A DNA stretch of 45,365 nucleotides from an uncultured Candidatus Bathyarchaeia archaeon (GTDB taxonomy: Archaea; Thermoproteota; Bathyarchaeia; Bathyarchaeales; Bathyarchaeaceae), in assembly GCA_964346895.1 (NCBI GenBank), contig CAYFWY010000002.1, positions 1 to 45,365 of the forward strand. Reading direction: 5' to 3'. A program made the translations under genes and the position numbers. Below, one piece after another: positions 1 to 9,718 of this stretch (positions are counted from its first letter, which is position 1; each line of letters opens with the position of its first letter). The notes under the pieces were generated by a model. It was not told where the DNA came from, did not search any database, and saw nothing but the letters and a program-made list of their open reading frames with translations.

Positions 1-22
1 AATCAATTTTATCTGATAAACA

Positions 23-472
23 TTGCCAGAAAGTATTTCCTGTCCAAAGTGTAATTTAAATCTCAACACAAAAACCGAGATTGATAAACATACATCTGAA
101 AATATTGATAAAGATCCTATGAATCCTATTTTGGAAGTAAATTCAAAAGAATGGGAAAAAAAAATTTTAAAATCAAAAATGTTAATTCTTGTTGAGTTTT
201 GGCACCGAAATTGTCCAGCTTGTAAAGATTTTGCTCCGATATATGAAAAAAGTGCAATAGAATTCAAAAATAAACTTAGTTTCTTTGAATTGGATGTACT
301 AAAAAACAAAGAAAATCGAGATTTAGCTATTAAATACGGATTAACTAGTACTCCAACTCTAATTTTTTTCTGTAATGGCAAAAAAATTGCTATAAAAGAA
401 GATCGAGACGGCTTTGAAACAGAGGAACAATTTAGAAACCTTCTCAATACAATGATCAAAAAATGTTATTAA
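23..472 (+). CDS. Thioredoxin-family protein (CPAC redox motif)
   Basis: ORF 23..472 (TTG start). 'EFWHRNCPACKDFAP' is a CxxC active-site context and 'TSTPTLIFF' a cis-Pro loop, both typical of thioredoxins. A canonical-length (~117 aa) Trx would start at ATG 119. Very AT-rich codon usage. Confidence 0.8.
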   Translation: MPESISCPKCNLNLNTKTEIDKHTSENIDKDPMNPILEVNSKEWEKKILKSKMLILVEFWHRNCPACKDFAPIYEKSAIEFKNKLSFFELDVLKNKENRDLAIKYGLTSTPTLIFFCNGKKIAIKEDRDGFETEEQFRNLLNTMIKKCY

Positions 473-518
473 AAAATCTAATTATCATGAAGAATAGAAG
501 TAAATCTTTGAGGAAAAA

Positions 519-977
519 TTGATGGAAATTAAAATTGGAGATAAAGCGCCAGATTTCACTCTTTTATCCCAAACTGGAGAAAGTGTAACTCTTTCTGATT
601 TGATTGGAAAGAAAAATATTGTTTTATACTTTTATCCAAAGGATAAAAGCAAGGGTTGTACACGGCAAGCTTGTGAATTTCGAGATAAATATGAAGTATT
701 CACAGACTTGGGTGCCGAAGTTATTGGAATAAGTTCTGATGATATTAAATCTCATGAATCATTTGCAGATGAATACAATTTACCTTTCATATTGTTAAGT
801 GATGAAAATAACAAGGTTAGAAAACTTTTTGGTGTAAAATCAACTTTTGGCGTGATTTCAGGAAGGGTAACCTACGTGATAGACAAAAAAGGAATTATTA
901 GGCATATTTTTTCATCGCAATTTCAACCAAAAAAACATATTAAAGAAGCCCTAGAAGCACTAAAAAAACTCAAATGA
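519..977 (+). CDS. bcp: Peroxiredoxin, Bcp/AhpC-TSA family
   Basis: 'APDFTL...VLYFYPKDKSKGCTRQACEFRD' is the classic Bcp peroxidatic Cys context. ATG at 522 directly follows TTG 519. Same low-GC composition as the upstream trx. Confidence 0.85.
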   Translation: MMEIKIGDKAPDFTLLSQTGESVTLSDLIGKKNIVLYFYPKDKSKGCTRQACEFRDKYEVFTDLGAEVIGISSDDIKSHESFADEYNLPFILLSDENNKVRKLFGVKSTFGVISGRVTYVIDKKGIIRHIFSSQFQPKKHIKEALEALKKLK

Positions 978-1052
978 ATATATTCCAAAAATTGTTTTCA
1001 ATTCTATCAAAGAAAAAAAAGAGAAGTGCTCACTAAATTATTCCGACTGATC

Positions 1053-1064
1053 ATGCGCGCGCAA
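1053..1064. repeat. Alternating GC palindromic motif ATGCGCGCGCAA
   Basis: Read directly. Intergenic between bcp and ftr. Confidence 0.9.
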
Positions 1065-1107
1065 TACAGTTTGAAGTAGAACCCAAGGAATAACATACAG
1101 TTCTGAA

Positions 1108-1329
1108 GTGCCCTACGAAACCCCAGCAAAACGGCGTGTTGCGCGCGCGCGCATATACGTGCAACTTCTGCAGGGACAAGGCAAAGAAGAGTACATGTGT
1201 AAGGTAGCGACAACGCTTGAGGAAGCACAAAAATTAATAGAGAGCGGTTTCGAATATGTCACTTCAATGCAGATAGGCAAAATGGTCTATCAGATGTTCA
1301 GGAACAGGAAACCGTGGAAACCATGTTAG
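1108..1329 (+). CDS. Small hypothetical ORF; its C-terminal '..TLEEAQKLIESGFEYVT..FRNRK' module resembles a motif I recall from archaeal integrase/mobile-element-associated ORFs
   Basis: GTG-start ORF whose first third is encoded by the (GC)6 repeat at 1141-1152. An internal ATG (MCKVATT..., about 1195) is a more plausible start. The motif resemblance is from memory only. Confidence 0.3.
   Translation: MPYETPAKRRVARARIYVQLLQGQGKEEYMCKVATTLEEAQKLIESGFEYVTSMQIGKMVYQMFRNRKPWKPC
1139..1154. repeat. Alternating GC palindromic motif TTGCGCGCGCGCGCAT, inverted partner of 1053-1064
   Basis: Read directly. (GC)6 at 1141-1152. Confidence 0.9.
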
Positions 1330-2279
1330 GAAAAGTAGGAGACATCCAAGTAGTCAAAAAGACGGATATGGGATACATTCTGGAGAACGGATGTATAATT
1401 GAGGATACATTTGCTGAAATGTTTCCAATGTGGGCGGGAAGGATATTGATAACCGCTGAGAACGAGAAGTGGGCTCTAACCGCGGCAAAGACAGCGACTG
1501 GATTCGCTGCCTCCATAATTATGTCACCAGCAGAAGCCGGAATAGAAGGCATGGTAAATCCAGAAGAATCTCCAGATGGCCGCATTGGAGCACTAATTCA
1601 AATTTTCCACACAACAAGGAGAGCACTAAAGACTCAAATGAGCTTGAGAATTGGACAATGCATAATGACGTGCCCTACCACAGCAGCTTTCGACGCTTTA
1701 CCCGAGGCTAAAAGGAGATTGAAAGTTGGGAGAAGCCTACGCCTTTTTGGCGACGGTTTCCAAAAAATGGATTTAATCGCAGGAAGAAAGGTATGGCGCA
1801 TACCGATCATGGAAGGAGAATTCATTGTTGAAGACAGCTTCGGCATCGTAAAGGCTGTTGCCAGCGGAAACTTTCTAATCTTGGCAAAAAAACAAAAATC
1901 CGGGCTCCTGGCGGCAGAGGAAGCTATCAAGGCTATCAATCAAAAGGCTCAAAGAGTCATCATGCCCTTCCCAGGCGGAATCTGCGGATCAGGGTCCAAG
2001 ATAGGCTCGGTGAAATACAAACTCGCAGCGTCCACGAACCACCTCTTCTGTCCCACTCTTAGGAAAATCTTGTCCGATTCACAAGTACCAGACAATGTCG
2101 ATAGCGTTTACGAAATAGTGATAAATGGCTTAGATTCGGATAGTGTAAAAACGGCAATGGCTGAAGGGATAAAAGCAGCGGTGAAGGTTCCGGGCATCGT
2201 CAAAATTTCGGCGGGAAATTACGGAGGCAAGCTTGGTCCGTTTCGAGCCAATTTGAAAGAGGTCTTGAAACTAACATAA
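1314..2279 (+). CDS. ftr: Formylmethanofuran--tetrahydromethanopterin N-formyltransferase
   Basis: 'IEDTFAEMFPMWAGRILITA...ALTAAKTATGFAASIIMSPAEAGIE...PDGR...RIGQCIMTCPTTAAFDALPE' closely matches remembered Ftr sequences. The likely true start is ATG 1368 (MGYILENG.., 303 aa), which fits the usual ~300 aa length. Confidence 0.85.
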   Translation: METMLGKVGDIQVVKKTDMGYILENGCIIEDTFAEMFPMWAGRILITAENEKWALTAAKTATGFAASIIMSPAEAGIEGMVNPEESPDGRIGALIQIFHTTRRALKTQMSLRIGQCIMTCPTTAAFDALPEAKRRLKVGRSLRLFGDGFQKMDLIAGRKVWRIPIMEGEFIVEDSFGIVKAVASGNFLILAKKQKSGLLAAEEAIKAINQKAQRVIMPFPGGICGSGSKIGSVKYKLAASTNHLFCPTLRKILSDSQVPDNVDSVYEIVINGLDSDSVKTAMAEGIKAAVKVPGIVKISAGNYGGKLGPFRANLKEVLKLT

Positions 2280-2297
2280 CCTAGTACCCCTATCCAA

Positions 2298-3347
2298 TTA
2301 ACTTGTCAATTTGATGTATTCTGTACCCTTTCCTTCCGGAGAACCAACAAGTATTCGATAGTGTTCTCTGCGGGTTTTGTTATCTACAACACGCTCAAGT
2401 TTACCCCTAACTTCAATTGATTCACCAACTTCAGCGATACTGCCGTAAAGGCTTTCGTAAGAAACCACTTCTGCGATCTCACTTATCTGAGGTCCCTCTA
2501 CGATCTTTGCTTCCTCAATGCGATAGACGGAGGGAAGGAATAGGTGGTCTGTGTCGGCGCAGATAACTGCGCGGATAGTTGCTTGATCCACAGGGTAGTA
2601 AGTCTTTGCACCATATTCTTCAGAAATTTCCCACTCTAACTTAACCGGATGAACAGAAAATGATTTGCTTTCAAACATGCCTATGTTCCATTTCCGTTTG
2701 TAAATTTCTAAGGCTTCATCAGGTGTTAACGGATAATTCCTTGCTTTTCTAGCGCACCAAGCTTTAAGGACCTTTCCTTCATAACGTTTAACCGGAGAAC
2801 TTGGTAGAGAATAGTTTTCAATTAAGGCGTCTTTCACTGCTAAACTGCTTTTCAAGCCATAGATTGTTATGTCTATGTCTGAAAACTCGGGTTGATGAAT
2901 GTCTAGGAGGATTGAACCAGTTACTCCGAAAAAGGAGTAGGGGACATTGCTTATTTCTGTCAGAAATGAGGTGAGTCTGGTTAGTTTTTCCTGTAAAGGA
3001 TCTAAATGTGATTTCTGGAGCAGCTGATCCATTTTTTCTTCCGGTTTAAAGTGTTTTTTCAGATGATTATGTGGAACTGCTGTCAAGGTGATATTATAGA
3101 AAGAGGAATGAAACAGATAATGGGGATAGTTTCTTTCTAAAAGACTGAAAGTTTCTAGCAGGTTGGGAATAGTATAGTTTCTCAAAACTCTTTTGAATCG
3201 TTTTTCACCCTTTTTCCAAATACCGAACCGTGATGGAACATATTTTACGTAGGAGATGATTCGGTCCGGAGGATGTAATGAGCCAACTACACAGAAGAAG
3301 AAGCCTTCTCCTGTTTGTAGGAAATCCCTGTCTCTAAATCTTCGCAT
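2298..3347 (-). CDS. Pol-beta-superfamily nucleotidyltransferase with N-terminal 'RFRDRD' domain and C-terminal OB-like domain, paralog 1
   Basis: '[25 protein letters not shown]' is a GS...DxD minimal-NTase motif. The N-terminus '[35 protein letters not shown]' is shared with the two neighbours. The beta-rich C-terminus '[12 protein letters not shown]...[14 protein letters not shown]' looks OB-like. Confidence 0.7.
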   Translation of the reverse strand: MRRFRDRDFLQTGEGFFFCVVGSLHPPDRIISYVKYVPSRFGIWKKGEKRFKRVLRNYTIPNLLETFSLLERNYPHYLFHSSFYNITLTAVPHNHLKKHFKPEEKMDQLLQKSHLDPLQEKLTRLTSFLTEISNVPYSFFGVTGSILLDIHQPEFSDIDITIYGLKSSLAVKDALIENYSLPSSPVKRYEGKVLKAWCARKARNYPLTPDEALEIYKRKWNIGMFESKSFSVHPVKLEWEISEEYGAKTYYPVDQATIRAVICADTDHLFLPSVYRIEEAKIVEGPQISEIAEVVSYESLYGSIAEVGESIEVRGKLERVVDNKTRREHYRILVGSPEGKGTEYIKLTS

Positions 3348-3405
3348 GACCTTAACCTTTTTGACCAGCGATTATATAGTTATCCAATCTACGGGAGGTT
3401 CGGCA
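3348..3405. promoter_or_regulatory. 58-bp divergent promoter region between NTase paralogs 1 and 2, with a central TTATATA box
   Basis: TTATATA at 3372-3378. GGGAGG at 3393-3398 precedes ATG 3406. Confidence 0.35.
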
Positions 3406-4425
3406 ATGAAAGCATGGACTCCTAGAGACGGGGACACCTTTATCACCAAAGAGGGATTCATCTTCTATGTGTTTGGATATGAGCACCCTAAAAATCGGGT
3501 ATTCTCTTTTCTAAAATACATCCCATACAATCTTAAGTCGCACTTCCCCATACGCTTTCTTAGACAGAAATGGAAGCTCGGAAATGTAGAACTCGCTAGA
3601 GCAGAAAAACTCTACACCGCACAAAACTATCAAAAGCTTCTGGAAACTTTTCGAAGTACATATCCCCAATACGTTTACTCATGCCCTTTCCGTGGAAAAC
3701 AAGTTATAAGCGCTCCATTGGAACTCGTGAAGAGAGTTTACGTGCCAAAAGAGTGCCTTCAGAGGCTCTTTGAAAATAAAAGGAAGGATGGTCTACAGAA
3801 AGTAGCCTTAGAGCTACTCTCCCTTCTCTCCGCCGAATCTAAAGTGCCCTTTGAAGATTTTGGAATCCACGGATCTATTGCACTGAACATGCACACCGCG
3901 AAGTCTGATATCGATCTTGTAGTTTATGAATCTAGAAACTTCAGGAATCTAGAAAAAGCAATCGAAAAACTCGTTCGGGAAGGCACATTAAAATATATTT
4001 TCACAAAGAAGCTTGATAGAGCTAGAAGGCACAGGGGACGTTATAAAGAGAAACTTTTCGTTTACAACGCAGTGAGAAAGATTGGTGAAGTTAACGTTAA
4101 TTATGGGAATTACAAATATGTCCCCATTAGAGATATAACTTTCAGTTGCGAGGTTGTTGATGACAGCGAGGCCATGTTTAGACCCGCAATCTATCAGGTC
4201 AAGAATTGTCAACCCTTTGATCCGAACTCGAAACTGATGGAAGATAAAGTTCCTGAGAGAGTTGTTTCTATGATAGGCTACTACAGAAACGTGGCTAGAA
4301 AAGGAGAGAAAATCATGATATCAGGAATGCTGGAGCGAACGGAAAATGTTGAAACAGGAGAAAATACCTATCAAGCTGTGGTGGGTACAGGAACGCGCGA
4401 GGACGAATACATTTGGCCACTGTAA
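3406..4425 (+). CDS. Pol-beta-superfamily nucleotidyltransferase with OB-like C-terminus, paralog 2
   Basis: '[24 protein letters not shown]'. N-terminus '[32 protein letters not shown]'. ATG 3406 is preceded by GGGAGG (3393-3398). The ORF-track start at 3256 would overlap paralog 1 and is rejected. Confidence 0.7.
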   Translation: MKAWTPRDGDTFITKEGFIFYVFGYEHPKNRVFSFLKYIPYNLKSHFPIRFLRQKWKLGNVELARAEKLYTAQNYQKLLETFRSTYPQYVYSCPFRGKQVISAPLELVKRVYVPKECLQRLFENKRKDGLQKVALELLSLLSAESKVPFEDFGIHGSIALNMHTAKSDIDLVVYESRNFRNLEKAIEKLVREGTLKYIFTKKLDRARRHRGRYKEKLFVYNAVRKIGEVNVNYGNYKYVPIRDITFSCEVVDDSEAMFRPAIYQVKNCQPFDPNSKLMEDKVPERVVSMIGYYRNVARKGEKIMISGMLERTENVETGENTYQAVVGTGTREDEYIWPL

Positions 4426-5480
4426 GATTTAGGGACCGTGACGCCATAATTACGGCAGATAACATTATTTTCAGAGTTTACGGCTATTTTCATCCCTCAG
4501 ATGCATATGTTTGCGACCCAGAATACGCATCGGCTACAATATATAAATCAATGAATCCCCGAGCTCGACGGGGAAAAGGAAAAAATATTTACTACAAATT
4601 CTACGCAGACGAAGGCTTGCAATTCGTTATGGAAAAATATCCTCACCACAATATTTTCTATGAGCCATTGCAAACAAGTTTCATAGGCGTGTCAAGAGAG
4701 CACATCGCCAAAACGCGCAAACCAAATGATAAATTTCGACATCTGATTATAAAGCGACCCGGAGACAAACTTCTTAGAGCATTACACAGCTTGTCTGCGT
4801 TGGTCATATCCAGATCAGGGTTGTCAGAAAACGATTTCGGAGTTTTTGGCTCCCTCCTTCATGATTTCTATCACCCTACTTTTTCAGACATTGATCTTAT
4901 AGTTTACGGCAGACACAAGCTGAGGGAACTCTGTGAAACATTGAAAGAACTGTACCTCGAAGAGAATTCACTTCAAAACGAGTTTGAGAGCGAGGGGGCT
5001 CTTGAGGGAAAAAATTGGAAATTTGTAAACTTCAGCCCAAAGGAGTATCTCTGGCATCAGCGAAGGAAAAAAATATACGCCCTTTTCAAGAGCAAGGAAG
5101 GAAAAAGAATTGTTAAAACAGAATTCGAGCCAGTGAAAAACTGGAGTGAAATCTATAATGAATATAACCCAGATACACGAGTTCAAAATAGAGGTTGGAT
5201 TAAGGCTATTGCCCGAGTGACCGATGACCAAGATACACCCTTCATTCCGTCAATCTACCAAATCGAAGTTCTCAAAATTCTTGAAGGCTCAAAGGTTGAG
5301 AATATTAAACGAATTCTTTCCTACGTCGAAGAATTCAGGATGCAGGCAAAAAGGGACGAAAATGTTTTCGTGGAGGGAATCCTTGAAGAAGTGAAAACCA
5401 AAACCAAAAAATTTCATCAAATTACTTTAACGTATTGTCCTCGTTATTATGAACAAACTTTGAAGGTTATTAGAACATAA
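4413..5480 (+). CDS. Pol-beta-superfamily nucleotidyltransferase with OB-like C-terminus, paralog 3
   Basis: '[25 protein letters not shown]'. N-terminus '[27 protein letters not shown]'. TTG start overlaps the stop of paralog 2 by 13 nt. C-terminus '[12 protein letters not shown]...[12 protein letters not shown]'. Confidence 0.7.
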   Translation: MATVRFRDRDAIITADNIIFRVYGYFHPSDAYVCDPEYASATIYKSMNPRARRGKGKNIYYKFYADEGLQFVMEKYPHHNIFYEPLQTSFIGVSREHIAKTRKPNDKFRHLIIKRPGDKLLRALHSLSALVISRSGLSENDFGVFGSLLHDFYHPTFSDIDLIVYGRHKLRELCETLKELYLEENSLQNEFESEGALEGKNWKFVNFSPKEYLWHQRRKKIYALFKSKEGKRIVKTEFEPVKNWSEIYNEYNPDTRVQNRGWIKAIARVTDDQDTPFIPSIYQIEVLKILEGSKVENIKRILSYVEEFRMQAKRDENVFVEGILEEVKTKTKKFHQITLTYCPRYYEQTLKVIRT

Positions 5481-5851
5481 TATACTGATTTATGTAACAA
5501 AAGCCCCAAAAAAAGAGAAAAGAACAAAGATTGAATTACCTCTTTTAGTTTTGCAGTGCATTGTCACCCCTTTTCTTCGAGCTCCACAGTTGTTTTTATC
5601 CTGAGCTCTTTAGACACGTCTCGCATGCTCGCGGGCGCATGAGAAAGGAGGATTGAGTCTCTATTGAAATATCCTGGTGTTTAAGTGTCATTATTTGCAT
5701 GTATTCAGTAAGCGATGGCCTTTCCAAACAACAGGATTTTGACATTTCACCTTAGGATCATTACTGTCCAACATTGATTTTAGATGCTTTTAAAAGTCTT
5801 TTCTTAGAGAGTCTTTTGGATGATACTCTAAACCTTCAACCTGCTTTAGTC

Positions 5852-6124
5852 TCAGAAAAAGCCAAATTGCTCAAGCGCTTCCTCACGTCGTTGAACAAAA
5901 TTAATTTCAAGGACGTCTCTCAACCGCTTGTAGGTTTCCTTATCTACTGTTTTGTTCCGGAGTTGAACTTCAAGCCTCTCCAGTTGTTGTTCGAAGGCTC
6001 TCTTTTCTTTCACTCGATCTCCAACATAAGCATTTATTGACTTCCCTATTTTCTTCTTTTTCCCGAAAATAAAATTGAAACCCATGTCATCCCATCCTTT
6101 AAGATAAAATAAACAAGTATCCAT
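5852..6124 (-). CDS. Hypothetical small coiled-coil protein
   Basis: ORF only. Lys-rich N-terminus, then a heptad-like 'EQQLERLEVQLRNK..YKRLRDVLE'. Internal Met (MGFNFIFGKKKK) is an alternative start. Confidence 0.4.
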   Translation of the reverse strand: MDTCLFYLKGWDDMGFNFIFGKKKKIGKSINAYVGDRVKEKRAFEQQLERLEVQLRNKTVDKETYKRLRDVLEINFVQRREEALEQFGFF

Positions 6125-6171
6125 AAAAGCGACGCTCTATCTAGCGACATATGTCAGAAATAGAAATACAC

Positions 6172-6183
6172 ATGCGCACGCAA
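6172..6183. repeat. Motif variant ATGCGCACGCAA
   Basis: One substitution from the core. Lies in the divergent intergenic region 6125-6267. Confidence 0.8.
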
Positions 6184-6267
6184 TTATGTGATTCCTTCAA
6201 GAGAGGATCCTTATAATCTGCCCTAAACCCCTAAATAATTGGCAACGTCCTTACTTGTGAGAAACTG

Positions 6268-6453
6268 ATGCCCTTACAGGTAACTTGCCATGAATGCGGT
6301 TTTATTCTCTATGACGGAAAAGAGATGAAAGCTCCTGACGAAATCATAAACAACTACAACGGGAGATGCCCTAATTGCAGAAAAAAACTGTCTTATATCC
6401 CAAAAAGAGTTAAGATACAGCCTATTGATGAAACAAAATGGAGGCTCTTTTAG
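6268..6453 (+). CDS. Small zinc-ribbon protein
   Basis: Two CxxC pairs, 'CHECG...CPNCRKK', in 61 aa. Confidence 0.5.
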   Translation: MPLQVTCHECGFILYDGKEMKAPDEIINNYNGRCPNCRKKLSYIPKRVKIQPIDETKWRLF

Positions 6454-6496
6454 TCGCTGCCAAAGTTGATTACCTCTACGGATGGTAACTTCCTAC

Positions 6497-6507
6497 ACGC
6501 GTGCGCA
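6497..6507. repeat. Motif variant ACGCGTGCGCA
   Basis: Lies between convergent gene ends (6453 and 6510), 3 nt from the minus-strand stop. Identical 11-mer at 27035. Confidence 0.8.
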
Positions 6508-6509
6508 GT

Positions 6510-7664
6510 CTATTGTATAACGGAATGATACCAATTGATCATGTATTCGGGCAGTTTTAGTCCTCTTTCTCGTAGTCTTTCAGTCAGTTTAACAGGTAGC
6601 GGGCTCAGAACAAACGCTGTTCTCATGTAAAACCTTCTCGGTTGGCCTGGTCTGACTGTTTCTTCGAGGGTTATTTGGAAGTCTGACTTTTCAGCTAAAG
6701 TTGAATTCCTTGTTCCTGTGATCGATAATACAATTCCTTTCAGTTTCTTGAAGACATTACACCAGATAATAACTGGCTTGGTTTCTCCAGAAAACGACAC
6801 CAAGATCTCTAGATCCCTAGCTCTAGGACGTGGAGTGTTTACGCCTCTCGCTGTATACACATGGTCTCCCAAGAAACCTTTGATGTGGAAAAGTCTTATG
6901 GCGGTCATCTTAACGATTTCATTTGCGGTGCCCTTTCCACCTAGGAAAACGTTGCATCGGCTTTCCAGCAGATCAACTAGATGCGTATATGTTTCTGACT
7001 CCAAATTCGAGTCGATCATTGATCCTAGCGTAGCGAACTCTTCTTTGCATAGCTGAAACACTCCGTCTACTGGTAGGTTTCGGAAGATCGCTTCGGTCAT
7101 CATGCACATAAGCAGTAGACTTTCAAGCTCAAACATATCGCCCATTATGCCTGTTTCGCTGTATTCAAAGGAGGGCTTCGATCTTCCTCGTCCCTTCAAT
7201 TTGATAACATATCCGTATTCACGGGCTATCTGAGCTATGGGAGAGTTCACACCAGAGGTTACAAGTCCTATTGAAAACCTCGATGTTTTTTTATCTTCAA
7301 TATATTTTGCCAAATCTTGCGCCATCGCTAGGGGATCGTCAGAAAAACCGCTTCCTGAGTTTATCAAAAGCAGAATTTTTTTATATCGTCTTTCGAGTTG
7401 AGCAGCCGCATCGTACATACTTTTTCCTGGGAAGCCCGGATCGTCCGGTGTTAACACAATCTTATTTCTCCAGCCTATCTTACTCATTGCGATTTGGCTC
7501 ATCGCTGCGTTCAAGGAGTACAGTGACCTACCTGATCCGCTACAGACCACACAATCGGCGGATTTGAGGTCTTCGTATAAGGGCAAAAGTTGTCGTTGTT
7601 TTATAGAAAGAATGTTATCTCTGATCCTGTTTACGTATTCTAAATTGCTGATTTTGCTTCCCAT
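6510..7664 (-). CDS. Double SIS-domain sugar-phosphate isomerase-like protein
   Basis: 'VVCSGSGRSLYSLNAA', 'LLLINSGSGFSDDPLAMAQ' and 'LVSFSGETKP' resemble SIS phosphosugar-binding motifs repeated in two halves. Exact specificity cannot be determined. Confidence 0.6.
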   Translation of the reverse strand: MGSKISNLEYVNRIRDNILSIKQRQLLPLYEDLKSADCVVCSGSGRSLYSLNAAMSQIAMSKIGWRNKIVLTPDDPGFPGKSMYDAAAQLERRYKKILLLINSGSGFSDDPLAMAQDLAKYIEDKKTSRFSIGLVTSGVNSPIAQIAREYGYVIKLKGRGRSKPSFEYSETGIMGDMFELESLLLMCMMTEAIFRNLPVDGVFQLCKEEFATLGSMIDSNLESETYTHLVDLLESRCNVFLGGKGTANEIVKMTAIRLFHIKGFLGDHVYTARGVNTPRPRARDLEILVSFSGETKPVIIWCNVFKKLKGIVLSITGTRNSTLAEKSDFQITLEETVRPGQPRRFYMRTAFVLSPLPVKLTERLRERGLKLPEYMINWYHSVIQ

Positions 7665-7907
7665 CTAAATCATGCCTCATTAAAGAACTTCGTCAAGTAT
7701 TAATCTTAAACTTATGTGTACGTATGCAGGCAGCTATTGCCAAGCATCGAATATGCATTAAGCAATCCTCAACCAGTTTACAGTGGAACCTTCGCAATTC
7801 CAAGGATGTCTACATCAATTGAAATTGAGATTCTCATCTTTTTTTCAGATTCTACTTTTTGTCGCATAAAATACCTCTCTCTTTTGTCGCCTTAAAGAAG
7901 TTTGGAC

Positions 7908-9566
7908 TTAAGCCTTTGCTAGAACGCTTCCTAGATGAGCAGGCTCCACGAGCCGAGAATACCGCAGTAGATAACCTTTTCTAACCTTCTGTTGTTTCGG
8001 CTTCCACGACTTTAGACGGTTTACCAGTTCTTCATCAGTCAGCTCTACGTTCAGTTTTCTCTTTGGAACATCAATTTCAATTACATCTCCATCTCTTAGT
8101 AACGCTATCGGTCCGCCCTCAGCTGCTTCGGGAGAAACGTGCCCTATACAGGGTCCTCTGGTAGCTCCTGAAAACCTTCCGTCAGTGACCAAGGCAACTG
8201 ACTCGCTTAACCCCATTCCAGCCAAGGTAGCTGTTGGAGAGAGCATTTCCCTCATTCCCGGCCCCCCCTTTGGTCCCTCATAACGAATGATAACAACCTC
8301 TCCTCCAAGAATTTTCTCATTCAGTATGGCCTCCATAGCTTCCTCCTCAGAGTCGAAAACCTTCGCCGGACCTTTGTGGAAAAGCATTTTAGGTGCTATG
8401 GCAGTGGCTTTCACCACAGCACCTTTGGGTGCCAAGTTTCCCTCCAAGATTGCTATACCCCCCTCAGGATGAACAGGGTTAGTTAGGGGACGAATTACAT
8501 TGGTATCAAGGACTACCGTCTTCTTGATGTTTTCTTCAATAGTTGTTCCCGTAACAGTGAGAGCGTTCAAATGCAGAAGGGGACTTAGCTCGTTCATAAG
8601 AGCAGGGATTCCACCTGCTGCATCTAGATCTTCCATTGTAAAAGGTCCACTGGGAGCCATATTGCAGATGTGAGGAACTCGTCTACTCAATTTATCGAAA
8701 AGAGGTAGAGGTAAGGAAACTTCAGCCTCCCTTGCTATCGCCGAAAGATGCAAGACTGTGTTTGTTGATCCCCCTAACGCCATATCTACCATTACGGCGT
8801 TTTCAAAAGCTTCGGAAGTCAGAATGTCTAGTGGCCTCAGGTCTTCTGTTACTAATTCAACAGCTCTTTCTCCACTGGCCTTGGCAATTCTTAGCCTGGC
8901 AGCGCTAACAGCGGAAGGAGTTGCACATCCCGGAAGAGAAATGCCTAAGGCCTCGGTGAGGCAAGCCATAGTGTTTGCTGTAAACATGCCGTTACACGAC
9001 CCGCAACTAGGACACGCAAGGTTTTCAAGTGTCTTCAACTCTTCTTCATTCATTTTACCTGCAACGACTTCTCCAACGACTTCAAACATGGAAGCTGTAC
9101 CAATTCTCTTTCCGTTGTTGATACCTGAAAGCATGGGTCCACCAGTAACGACGACTGCGGGAAGATTTAGCCTAGCCGCGGCCATCAACATGCCAGGTGT
9201 TGTTTTATCGCAGTTTGCGATCAAAATCATCCCATCAAATCTATGGGCTTGAACCATGACTTCAACTGAATCGGCAATCAGCTCACGTGATGGCAAAGAA
9301 TATTTCATTCCTTCGTGGCCCATGGCCAATCCGTCGCAGATAGCTATTGTGTTGAATTCAAAGGGTACACCACCAGCGGATATGACTCCGGCTTTAATAG
9401 CGTCAGCTACTTGGTTTAGGTGAGCATGACCAGGAACCACTGTTGTGTAACTGTTTACCACGGCAATGAAGGGTTTGTCTAGGTCTTTGTCTGTGATTCC
9501 AAGGGCCTTAAGCAAAGCTCTGTGGGGAGCCCTTTCAACTCCCCGTTTTATAGCGTCACTTCTCAA
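7908..9566 (-). CDS. ilvD: Dihydroxy-acid dehydratase
   Basis: 552 aa. '[19 protein letters not shown]', '[16 protein letters not shown]', '[13 protein letters not shown]', '[28 protein letters not shown]' are hallmark IlvD blocks. Confidence 0.95.
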   Translation of the reverse strand: MRSDAIKRGVERAPHRALLKALGITDKDLDKPFIAVVNSYTTVVPGHAHLNQVADAIKAGVISAGGVPFEFNTIAICDGLAMGHEGMKYSLPSRELIADSVEVMVQAHRFDGMILIANCDKTTPGMLMAAARLNLPAVVVTGGPMLSGINNGKRIGTASMFEVVGEVVAGKMNEEELKTLENLACPSCGSCNGMFTANTMACLTEALGISLPGCATPSAVSAARLRIAKASGERAVELVTEDLRPLDILTSEAFENAVMVDMALGGSTNTVLHLSAIAREAEVSLPLPLFDKLSRRVPHICNMAPSGPFTMEDLDAAGGIPALMNELSPLLHLNALTVTGTTIEENIKKTVVLDTNVIRPLTNPVHPEGGIAILEGNLAPKGAVVKATAIAPKMLFHKGPAKVFDSEEEAMEAILNEKILGGEVVIIRYEGPKGGPGMREMLSPTATLAGMGLSESVALVTDGRFSGATRGPCIGHVSPEAAEGGPIALLRDGDVIEIDVPKRKLNVELTDEELVNRLKSWKPKQQKVRKGYLLRYSRLVEPAHLGSVLAKA

Positions 9567-9718
9567 CTTTCTCCCTCTTTGAAGTTTTCCTCTTGGTTAT
9601 TAGAGACTAGATAAATAATAAAGACACAGAAAAGCTTTTATATGGAATACTTTGTTGATGTTCTGGAACGAGGAGCAAAAAATGGGGGATTATTGGGTTT
9701 CCGAGAGATGTGAAATGA

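Noticed and set aside
23-118. Possible C2H2 zinc finger ('CPKCNLNLNTKTEIDKH') fused to the N-terminus of thioredoxin
   Set aside because: Only one His follows the Cys pair. The extension depends on a TTG start, and a normal-length Trx starts at ATG 119.
1007-1228. Minus-strand 73-aa ORF spanning both GC clamps
   Set aside because: It is composed largely of translated repeat and intergenic sequence and has no start-site support. It is more likely non-coding.
3256-3405. N-terminal 50-aa extension of NTase paralog 2 in the ORF track
   Set aside because: It would overlap the divergent paralog 1 by about 90 nt. ATG 3406 has a GGGAGG Shine-Dalgarno, and the protein aligns with its paralogs only from that Met.
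8287-9252. Plus-strand ORFs (8287..8472, 8758..9252) inside ilvD
   Set aside because: They are antisense shadows of a confidently identified 552-aa IlvD. Their composition is low-complexity and Ser/Ala/Pro-rich, and they carry no motifs. The same reasoning applies to the antisense ORFs inside cimA, ilvB, ilvN, the SMC gene, vps4, the CitG-like gene, nadB, msrB, bcp, lrp and the 41707 gene.
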